64,000 nt of DNA from Burkholderiaceae bacterium (GTDB lineage Bacteria; Pseudomonadota; Gammaproteobacteria; Burkholderiales; Burkholderiaceae_F). This document shows positions 53,945 through 64,000 of this stretch, in pieces (position 1 is the first letter of the stretch; each line of letters opens with the position of its first letter). Under the pieces are notes generated by a model. That model was not told the DNA's origin. It saw only the letters and a list, made by a program, of their open reading frames with translations, and searched no databases. The translations under genes and the position numbers were made by a program. Location: assembly GCA_035454085.1 (NCBI GenBank), contig DAOTEJ010000003.1, positions 19,352 through 83,351 on the forward strand. The letters run 5' to 3'.

Positions 53945-55516
53945 ATGTTCAAGCTCGCCGGCGCCGCCGCCCTCGCCGTCACCCTCGCCTTTGCCGCGCC
54001 CCTGGATGCCAAGACCTTCCGCTGGGCCTCTCAGGGCGACTACCAGACCGCCGATCCGTACTCGCAGAACGAGACGCTCACCAACCTCTTCGCGCAGCAG
54101 GTCCACGACACGCTCGTGATGCGCGACAAGGACATGAAGATCGTCCCCGGCCTGGCCACCGGATGGACGCAGGTGAGCCCCACGGTGTGGCGCTTCAACC
54201 TGCGCAAGGGGGTGAAGTTCCACGACGGCAGCCCCTTCACGGCCGACGACGTGGTGTTCAGCTTCGAGCGCGCCAGCCACCCCGCCAGCCAGATCCGCCA
54301 GTACGCGATCCCGGTGGGCAAGCCGCGCAAGATCGACGAGTACACGGTCGAGTTCGTGCAGGACAAGCCCAACCCGATCACGCTCGAGCACGTCGCGGCG
54401 ATCTTCATCATGAGCAAGGCCTGGGCCACCAAGCACAAGGTCGAGAAGCCGCTCGACTTCAAGGCCAAGGAGGAGACCTACGCCGCGCGCAACGCGATGG
54501 GTACCGGCCCGTTCATGCTGGTCACGCGCGAGCCCGGGGTGAAGAGCGTGCTCAAGCGCAACCCCAACTGGTGGGGCAAGTTCGAGGGCAACGTCGAGGA
54601 GATCGTCTACACCCCGATCGGCTCGGACGCGACGCGCGTGGCGGCGCTGCTGGCCAACGGGGTGGACTTCATCCTCGACCCGCCCCCGCAGGACGTGGCG
54701 CGGCTCAAGGCAAACAAGGACATCAAGGTGCTCGAGGGACAGGAGAACCGCATCGTGTTCTTCGGCTTCGACCAGGGCCGCGACGAACTGCTGTACTCGA
54801 ACGTGAAGGGCAGGAACCCCTTCAAGGACAAGCGCGTGCGCCAGGCCGTCTACCAGGCCATCGACATCGACGCGATCCGCGCCAAGACCATGCGCGGCTC
54901 GGCGCTGCCCACCGGCGGGATCACGCCTTCGACCCTGCCCTCGACCCCCGAGATCGAGAAGCGCCTGCCCTACGACCCGGTGGCCGCCAAGCGCCTGCTC
55001 ACCGAAGCCGGCTACCCCAACGGCTTCGAGCTGACCATCGACTGCCCCAACAACCGCTACATCAACGACGAGGAGATCTGCCTCGCCACCGCGGCCATGC
55101 TGGCAAGGATCGGCATCACCGCCAAGGTCAACGCCCAGCCGCGCAGCACCTACTTCCCCAAGCTCGAGAAGCACGACACCAGCATGTACATGCTGGGCTG
55201 GGGCGGGGCGGTCACCGACGCGCAGACCACGCTCTCGCCGGTGCTGCGCTCGCGCGACGAGAAGACCGGCAACGGCAGCTTCAACTACGGCCGCTACGTC
55301 AATCCCAAGCTCGACGCGCTGATCGACGCCGCCGCCGTCGAGACCGATCCGGCCAAGCGCAAGACCATCGTCACGCAGGCGCTCACCGAGCACAACGAGC
55401 AGATCCATCACGTGCCGCTGCACCGCCAGGTGATCCCCTGGGCGATGCGCGCCAACGTCAGCGCCGTGCACCGGCCGGACAACTGGGTGCTCGGCGAGTG
55501 GGTGCGGGTCGACTAG
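53945..55516 (+). CDS. ABC transporter substrate-binding protein, family 5 (peptide/nickel/opine type)
   Basis: In-frame ATG 53945 within fused track ORF 53477..55516. Signal peptide MFKLAGAAALAVTLAFAAPLDA. Body typical of SBP_bac_5 (WRFNLRKGVKFHDGSPFTADDVVFSFER). No permease or ATPase genes nearby. Confidence 0.9.
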   Translation: MFKLAGAAALAVTLAFAAPLDAKTFRWASQGDYQTADPYSQNETLTNLFAQQVHDTLVMRDKDMKIVPGLATGWTQVSPTVWRFNLRKGVKFHDGSPFTADDVVFSFERASHPASQIRQYAIPVGKPRKIDEYTVEFVQDKPNPITLEHVAAIFIMSKAWATKHKVEKPLDFKAKEETYAARNAMGTGPFMLVTREPGVKSVLKRNPNWWGKFEGNVEEIVYTPIGSDATRVAALLANGVDFILDPPPQDVARLKANKDIKVLEGQENRIVFFGFDQGRDELLYSNVKGRNPFKDKRVRQAVYQAIDIDAIRAKTMRGSALPTGGITPSTLPSTPEIEKRLPYDPVAAKRLLTEAGYPNGFELTIDCPNNRYINDEEICLATAAMLARIGITAKVNAQPRSTYFPKLEKHDTSMYMLGWGGAVTDAQTTLSPVLRSRDEKTGNGSFNYGRYVNPKLDALIDAAAVETDPAKRKTIVTQALTEHNEQIHHVPLHRQVIPWAMRANVSAVHRPDNWVLGEWVRVD

Positions 55517-55638
55517 GCGAGCCGTTCGCCGGCCGGCGCGGTCCTTGCCGCAGGGCAAGGCCGTGGCCGGGCGCCCCTGCGGTTCATGGGTAGAATCCCG
55601 CAGGTTTGGATCCGGCCGCTGTGGCCGGGCCCGGATAG

Positions 55639-56325
<687 letters not shown>

Positions 56326-56462
56326 AGTCGCCGTGCCAGCCCTGACTTTCGGAGCGCCGGGCCCGGCCCCCACCCCTTAACCCATCGACGGGGCAGGCTG
56401 CGCAGGCGGCCGCCCCGGCTCAAAGCAAGACCGCTAGAAGCAATTCACAAGGAGGAAGTCCA

Positions 56463-58931
<2,469 letters not shown>

Positions 58932-58942
58932 AGGAGTCCGCG

Positions 58943-59455
58943 ATGATGGACGAAGAGGACCGCGACACACGCTTTGCCGTGTCGCTGGTGATTGCCCTGG
59001 CGATCGCGATCTGCCTGTTCGTGATCGCCCTGGCCACGGCGGCGGCTCTGGGCGCCTTTGACAAGAAGAAGGCCACGGCGGCGCCCGCCGCCATGGCCGG
59101 CACGAGCGCGCTCGCGGCCGACGACGCGGGCGCGGTGCGCGTCTCCGAGACCCTGGTCTCGGTCTACTTCGCGTTCGCCAAGTCGGCCCTGCCAGCCAAC
59201 ACGCAGGCCACGCTCGCACCGCTGGTCGAAGCGCAGCGTGCCAAGGGCGGCAAGCTGGTCGTTTCGGGCTATCACGACGCCAGCGGTGACGCGGCGCTCA
59301 ACGCCGAACTCGCCAAGCAGCGCGCCTTCGCGGTGCGCGACATGCTGCTCGCCTTCGGGCTGGGCGAGCAGGCAATCGAGCTCGCCAAGCCCGCGGTCAC
59401 GATGGGTGGGGCCGACCCGCGCCACGCCCGTCGGGTGGACATCAGCCTGCAATAG
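58943..59455 (+). CDS. Membrane-anchored OmpA/MotB-like domain protein
   Basis: AAGGAG SD 6 nt upstream. One N-terminal TM helix (FAVSLVIALAIAICLFVIALATAAALGAF), then VYFAFAKSAL...VVSGYHDASGDAALNAELAKQRAFAVRDML...ARRVDISL. Paralogous to the hppA tail. Confidence 0.8.
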   Translation: MMDEEDRDTRFAVSLVIALAIAICLFVIALATAAALGAFDKKKATAAPAAMAGTSALAADDAGAVRVSETLVSVYFAFAKSALPANTQATLAPLVEAQRAKGGKLVVSGYHDASGDAALNAELAKQRAFAVRDMLLAFGLGEQAIELAKPAVTMGGADPRHARRVDISLQ

Positions 59456-59474
59456 GCTCATCCACGGCACACGC

Positions 59475-59510
59475 AAGGGCGGTCGGCGCAAGCCGTACCG
59501 CCCTTTTTTC
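59475..59510 (+). terminator. Rho-independent terminator after the hppA/OmpA-like pair
   Basis: GGGCGGT-CGGC-gcaa-GCCG-t-ACCGCCC followed by TTTTTT. Confidence 0.8.
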
Positions 59511-59556
59511 CTGCCTCGCCCCGGGCCCCTTCGACTCCTCATTGCCCCGCGCCGCC

Positions 59557-60081
59557 ATGCTCATCCGCCCCGCTCGTGACACCGACCTCGCCGCCGTCCA
59601 GGCGATCTACGCGCACCACGTGCTCACCAGTTCCGCGAGCTTCGAGCTCGTCCCGCCGACACAGGCCGAGATGCGCAACCGCTACGAGGCGATCCTCGCC
59701 GGCGGCCACCCCTACCTGGTCGCCGACGAGGGAGGCACCGTGCTGGGCTACGCCTACGCTGGCCCGTATCGCGCCCGACCGGCCTACCGCCACACGGTCG
59801 AGGACTCGATCTACGTCGCCCCGTCCGCCGTGGGTCGCGGCGTGGGCCGCGCCCTGCTCGCGCGCCTGCTGGTCCAGTGCGAGGCCGGGGGCTGGAGCCA
59901 GATGCTCGCGGTGATCGGCGACTCGGCCAACGCCGCGTCGATCGCGCTGCACTCCGCCCTGGGCTTCCGGCACGCCGGCACGCTCCACGCGGTGGGCTGG
60001 AAGTTCGGCCGCTGGATCGACAGCGTGCTCATGCAGCGACCGCTGGGCGCGGGCTCGGCCGCACCGCCGCTGCGGCCCTAG
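59557..60081 (+). CDS. GNAT family N-acetyltransferase (phosphinothricin/methionine-sulfoximine acetyltransferase-like)
   Basis: Track ORF trimmed to ATG 59557: MLIRPARDTDLAAVQAIYAHHVLTSSASFELVPP..., VGRGVGRALL acetyl-CoA motif. Confidence 0.86.
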   Translation: MLIRPARDTDLAAVQAIYAHHVLTSSASFELVPPTQAEMRNRYEAILAGGHPYLVADEGGTVLGYAYAGPYRARPAYRHTVEDSIYVAPSAVGRGVGRALLARLLVQCEAGGWSQMLAVIGDSANAASIALHSALGFRHAGTLHAVGWKFGRWIDSVLMQRPLGAGSAAPPLRP

Positions 60082-60890
60082 CGCAAGGCAGCCAGCCGCG
60101 CGCGCAGGGCGGCCTCGTTGAGCACGCCCACGTGGGCGCCGACCTGGCGCCCCTGCGCGTCGTAGAACACCGTGGTGGGCAGGCCCCGCGAGCCCAGCGC
60201 CGGGCCGAGCTGGGCAGCGGGGTCGAGCCAGACCTCTTGCAGCGCAAGGCGCTCGGTCAGCAGATAGCGCCGCACCGCTTCGGGTGACTCGCCCTGGTTG
60301 GCGAAGACGAAACGCACGCCGGGCTCGCGCGCCTGGGCGGCCGCCAGCACGGGCATCTCGGCCCGGCAGGGCGCGCACCAGCTTGCCCAGAGATTCACCA
60401 CGAGCGGCCGCCCCTGGGCGATCTGCGCCAGTTGCGCCCTGCGCCCGCCCTCCAGAGCCGCGAGTTCCACCGGCGGCAGGCCGGCGCCGCGCGGAGCAAG
60501 CCAGGCACCCGCGCCCAGCCAGATCGCCAAGCCGAGCGCGGCGCCGGCCGCGGCGGGCAGCGCCAGGGCGCGGGCGCGCGCCGCGCGCCACAGCAGATAC
60601 GCCGCCGCCACTGCCACGCCCGCCGCTGCCATCCAGCCACCGTCGCGCACGTCGAGCGCACTGAGCGGCGCGCTGCGATAGGCCTCGGCATGCGTGAGCA
60701 CGAAGCCCAGCCGCGCGGCCACCAGGCCTGCCAGCGCGGCGCTGGTGATCGCGTCGGCGGCCGGCCCGGCGAGCTCGGGCGCGCGCCGCCGCGCCAGCCA
60801 CCAAGCGAGGCCGCTGCCCAGCGCGATGCCCAGCAGCAGCAGCAAGGGGCCGAGCGGCAGGGCGAGCGGACCCAGCGCGACGGTCATCAT
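60078..60890 (-). CDS. TlpA-family thiol:disulfide oxidoreductase with polytopic N-terminal membrane domain
   Basis: C-terminal thioredoxin fold with LVVNLWASWCAPCRAEMP (CxxC). N-terminal ~125 aa forms 3-4 TM helices (see finding on Lgt-like similarity). Confidence 0.85.
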   Translation of the reverse strand: MMTVALGPLALPLGPLLLLLGIALGSGLAWWLARRRAPELAGPAADAITSAALAGLVAARLGFVLTHAEAYRSAPLSALDVRDGGWMAAAGVAVAAAYLLWRAARARALALPAAAGAALGLAIWLGAGAWLAPRGAGLPPVELAALEGGRRAQLAQIAQGRPLVVNLWASWCAPCRAEMPVLAAAQAREPGVRFVFANQGESPEAVRRYLLTERLALQEVWLDPAAQLGPALGSRGLPTTVFYDAQGRQVGAHVGVLNEAALRARLAALR

Positions 60891-60944
60891 CGCCGTGCCC
60901 GCCTCGCGCCGTTGGCCGGGAATCGCGCGGCCTGGTTCGGGCCT

Positions 60945-62951
60945 TCAGACATCGGGACCACGGACGTGCTCCAGCGCCTCGTGCGCGCTCTCGTAGATGT
61001 GGGCCGAGACGCCGCGGCGGCGCAGGGCACGCCCCAGCTTGGTTCGCAGGAAGCCCGAAGTCGTGTAGCGCGTCACGCCCCAGTAGTAGTCGCGCACCAG
61101 CTCGGCCACCATCGCGGCCCAGGCGTCCTCGAGCTCTGCAGCGAGGTCGAAGTGGTCGTAGTTGACGACGCCCCACACGCGGTGGCCGATCTGCGTCAGC
61201 CGCTTGCCGAGCTCGTCGCGCACCGCGGCGATGTCGGCGGCGCTGCGGATCGCCAGCCGCTCGAAGTTGATGAAGAAGAGGTTCTTCTCCTCGTCGAACG
61301 AGAAGCGCGCCGCCAGCGGCAGGGCCAGCATGCGCTCGCGCAGGCCCATCGGCCCGGGCGAGAAGATGGCCGAGTTCATCAGGCGTGGCGTGCCGCGCAT
61401 GATGGGCTCGAAGTCCATCTGCCCCAGGATGTCGCGTGCCAGATCGATGCCGGGAGCGATCTCCACCAGTTCCATGCCCTCGGGCACGAGGCGGAAGACG
61501 CAGCGCTCGGTCACGTACAGCACGGTCTGGCCGCGCTTGAGCGCCTGCTCGCCGCTGAAGGTGCGGTGCTCGACCTCGCGCACGAACTTGCGCGCCCCCA
61601 CGTCGTTGACCGTGAGCTTCCCAGCCTCGATGCGCGCCTGCATGTCGCCCGCCGTGAAGGTGCCCACGAACACCACCTTCTTGGCCGCCTGCGAGATGTT
61701 GATGAAGCCGCCCGCCCCCGCCAGCCGCGGGCCGAACTTGCTCACGTTGAGGTTGCCCTTCGCGTCGGCCTGCGCCAGACCGAGGAAGGCGATGTCCAGC
61801 CCGCCGCCGTCGTAGAAGTCGAACTGGTAGGGCTGGTCGATGATGGCCTGCGTGTTGACCGCCGCGCCGAAGTTCAGCCCCGAGGCCGGGATGCCTCCCA
61901 CCACGCCCGGCTCGGCGGTGAGCGTCATCAGGTCGATCACCTTCTCCTCGGCCGCGACCGCGGCCACCCCCTCGGGCATGCCGATGCCCAGGTTCACCAC
62001 GCTGTTGGCGGCGAGTTCGAGGGCCGCACGCCGGGCGATGATCTTGCGCTCGCTCATCGCCATGGGCGCCACGCTCTCGGCGGGCACGCGGATCTCGCCC
62101 GAGAAGCCCGGGTTGTAGGCCTCGACGAAGGTCTGCATGTGGTGCTCGGGCTTCTCGGCCACGACCACGCAGTCGACCAGCACGCCCGGGATCTTCACCT
62201 GCCGCGGGTTGAGCGTGCCGCGTTCGGCGATGCGCTCGACCTGCGCGATCACGATGCCGCCGCAATTGCGCGCCGCCATGGCGATGGCCAGCGCCTCGAG
62301 CGTGAGGGCCTCGCGCTCCATGGTGATGTTGCCGTCGGCGTCGGCCGTCGTGCCGCGGACGATCCCCACGTCGATGTGGAAGCGCTTGTAGAACAGGTAC
62401 TCCTCGCCGTCGATCTGCATCAGGCGCACGAGTTCCTCGGTGGTGCGCTGGTTGATCCGGCCGCCGCCCAGGCGCGGATCGACGAAGGTGCCCAGACCGA
62501 TCTTGCTGAGGTGGCCCGGCTTGCCCGCGGCCGTGTCGCGGAACAGGTGCGTGATCACGCCCTGCGGCAGGTTCCAGGCCTCGATGCGGTTGGCCACGGC
62601 CAGGGCCTGCAGCTTGGGCACCAGGCCCCAGTGGCCGCCGATCACCCGCCGCACCATGCCCTCGTGGCCGAAGTGATTGAGTCCGCGATCGCGGCCGTCG
62701 CCCTGCCCCGCGGCGTAGATCAGTGTGAGGTCGCGAGGATGGCCCAGGCCCTGCGGATCGCCCTCGCCGCCGGCCAGATAGCGCTCCTCCAGGGCCACGG
62801 CGATGCCTTCCGCGAAGCCGATGCCCACGAAGCCGCCCGTGGCGATGGCGTCGCCGTCGGCGATCAGCTGCACCGCCTCGGCGGCGCTGACGATCTTTCC
62901 CTTTTCGAAGGCGCGCAGGGCGCCCAGCAGTTCGCGGCCGTGAAGGCTCAT
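60945..62951 (-). CDS. Acyl-CoA:acetate/3-ketoacid CoA-transferase (YdiF-like) with C-terminal extension
   Basis: In-frame ATG 62949-62951 within fused track ORF 60945..63908. [10 protein letters not shown], family I CoA-transferase body (SENG-type region [12 protein letters not shown]). About 135 extra C-terminal residues. Confidence 0.86.
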   Translation of the reverse strand: MSLHGRELLGALRAFEKGKIVSAAEAVQLIADGDAIATGGFVGIGFAEGIAVALEERYLAGGEGDPQGLGHPRDLTLIYAAGQGDGRDRGLNHFGHEGMVRRVIGGHWGLVPKLQALAVANRIEAWNLPQGVITHLFRDTAAGKPGHLSKIGLGTFVDPRLGGGRINQRTTEELVRLMQIDGEEYLFYKRFHIDVGIVRGTTADADGNITMEREALTLEALAIAMAARNCGGIVIAQVERIAERGTLNPRQVKIPGVLVDCVVVAEKPEHHMQTFVEAYNPGFSGEIRVPAESVAPMAMSERKIIARRAALELAANSVVNLGIGMPEGVAAVAAEEKVIDLMTLTAEPGVVGGIPASGLNFGAAVNTQAIIDQPYQFDFYDGGGLDIAFLGLAQADAKGNLNVSKFGPRLAGAGGFINISQAAKKVVFVGTFTAGDMQARIEAGKLTVNDVGARKFVREVEHRTFSGEQALKRGQTVLYVTERCVFRLVPEGMELVEIAPGIDLARDILGQMDFEPIMRGTPRLMNSAIFSPGPMGLRERMLALPLAARFSFDEEKNLFFINFERLAIRSAADIAAVRDELGKRLTQIGHRVWGVVNYDHFDLAAELEDAWAAMVAELVRDYYWGVTRYTTSGFLRTKLGRALRRRGVSAHIYESAHEALEHVRGPDV

Positions 62952-63104
62952 CTTCTTGCTCTCCAGTGTCCCAGGGCCCACTGTAGTGAGGTGCGCCCGG
63001 CCTTGCCAGCGCTCGGCGCAAGCGCCGGCCTCGCGAGCGACGCGCCCTTGCCGCAGGCCTAGAATCGAGCGCTTCCAGACCGACACCGCACCCGGGAGCA
63101 CCGC

Positions 63105-63866
63105 ATGCAGATCCAGAGAAACCACGCTTTCATCGTCACCGGGGGCGCTTCGGGCCTGGGTGAGGCCACGGTTCGCCGCCTGGCCGGTGCGGGTGCGCAG
63201 GTGGTGATCGCCGACGTGCAGGTCGACAAGGGCGCAGCCCTGGCACGCGAGCTCAACGGTCGCTTCGTGAAGTGCGACGTCACCCAGGAGGCCGACGGCC
63301 AGGCCGCCGTGGCCGCGGCCCAGGCGCTGGGCGAGCTGCGCGGCCTGGTCAACTGCGCGGGCATCGCCATCGGCGAGAAGACGGTGGGCAAGGAAGGCCC
63401 GCACGATCTGGCGCGCTTCGCCCGCGTGATCAACATCAACCTGATCGGCAGCTTCAATCTGATCCGTCTGGCTGCCGAGGCCATGAGCAAGCTCGAGCCC
63501 CTGGCCACCGGCGAGCGCGGCGTGATCGTCAACACCGCCTCGGTGGCCGCGTTCGACGGGCAGATGGGCCAGGCCGCCTACGCCGCCTCGAAGGCGGGGA
63601 TCGCGGGCATGACCCTGCCCATCGCCCGCGACCTCGCGCGCAATGGCATCCGCATCGTGACCATCGCTCCGGGGCTGTTCGAGACGCCGATGCTGATGGG
63701 CATGCCCGCCGAGGTGCAGGAATCGCTGGGCAAGCAGGTGCCCTTCCCCTCGCGCCTGGGCAAGCCCGCCGAGTATGCGCAACTGGTCGAGGCGATCGTC
63801 GCCAACCCCATGCTCAACGGCGAGACCATCCGCCTCGACGGCGCGATCCGCCTGCAACCCAAATAG
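63105..63866 (+). CDS. SDR family 3-hydroxyacyl-CoA dehydrogenase (type II HADH-like)
   Basis: TGGASGLG Rossmann motif, YAASKAG catalytic motif. Overall resemblance to HSD17B10-type enzymes. Divergent from the CoA-transferase. Confidence 0.9.
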   Translation: MQIQRNHAFIVTGGASGLGEATVRRLAGAGAQVVIADVQVDKGAALARELNGRFVKCDVTQEADGQAAVAAAQALGELRGLVNCAGIAIGEKTVGKEGPHDLARFARVININLIGSFNLIRLAAEAMSKLEPLATGERGVIVNTASVAAFDGQMGQAAYAASKAGIAGMTLPIARDLARNGIRIVTIAPGLFETPMLMGMPAEVQESLGKQVPFPSRLGKPAEYAQLVEAIVANPMLNGETIRLDGAIRLQPK

Positions 63867-63923
63867 CCCGTCGCCGTCGCAGCGCTCGGGCCCGTTCCCT
63901 TCGATCACCTCTCAGGACACTCC

Positions 63924-64000
63924 GTGAAACTCTCGCCCACCCGCACCGCCCTGGCCGTCGTGGCCGCACTCACGCTGGCCGCGCCCGCCTGGGCGCAGGC
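63924..64000 (+). CDS. Start of a secreted/periplasmic protein (partial, runs off the window end)
   Basis: GTG 63924 followed by (M)KLSPTRTALAVVAALTLAAPAWAQ, a signal-peptide-like sequence. Too short to classify. Confidence 0.3.
   Translation, partial: MKLSPTRTALAVVAALTLAAPAWAQ

Noticed and set aside
59539-63021. 1160-aa minus-strand ORF, and the 876-aa plus-strand ORF 60432..63062, spanning several genes
   Set aside because: The translations are dominated by Arg/Ala/Gly/Pro runs with no recognisable motifs. They overlap, out of frame or antisense, ORFs with clear family signatures (GNAT, TlpA, CoA-transferase). This is the classic open-frame artefact of GC-rich coding DNA.

Overview
This is a GC-rich, gene-dense chromosomal core segment. 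Gene content and order look betaproteobacterial (Burkholderiales/Comamonadaceae-like); that taxon call is inference only, since no search was possible. I support about 65 protein genes, one tRNA, several rho-independent terminators and a few candidate promoters or operators.

Recognisable conserved blocks:
- pmbA / yjgA-mog
- a LysR regulator divergent from pirin plus a flavodoxin-like reductase
- a large PAS-GGDEF sensor
- gluQ / rhlE
- the macromolecular-synthesis cluster tsaD / rpsU-yqeY-dnaG-rpoD-tRNA-Ile(CAU)
- plsY-ybaK-xerD-ogt-(2x CHI-fold)-ispH-fkpB, all on the minus strand
- radC, rpmB-rpmG
- purN-rsmB-mscS
- ribF-ileS-lspA-coaBC-(hypothetical)-dut
- fccAB-like sulfide dehydrogenase
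- clpS-clpA / cspA, icd, sodB, xseA
- exbB-exbD-lpxK-trm112-kdsB-(SBP)-adk
- hppA
- a GNAT, a TlpA-like reductase, a CoA-transferase and an SDR

I saw no rRNA, CRISPR array, IS/transposase, prophage gene, or recognisable defence or toxin-antitoxin gene. Many very long ORFs in the track are antisense or out-of-frame artefacts of GC-rich coding DNA, and several track ORFs are N-terminally over-extended; I trimmed those to the start that fits the conserved N-terminus, signal peptide or Shine-Dalgarno (SD) sequence.

The window is mostly ordinary housekeeping DNA. The most unusual item is an H+-pyrophosphatase with a C-terminal OmpA/MotB-like domain, followed by a paralogous membrane-anchored OmpA-like protein (56463-59455).

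Secondary oddities:
- a TlpA thioredoxin fused to a degenerate Lgt-like membrane module
- two secreted CHI-fold paralogs translationally coupled to ispH
- an RpoD with a ~170-aa AKP-repeat/AT-hook-like N-terminal extension and a ~430-nt leader
- a TonB-less exbBD pair heading an LPS operon
- a probable CTG start for lpxK

All functional calls rest on motif and family recognition by eye. None were checked against databases.
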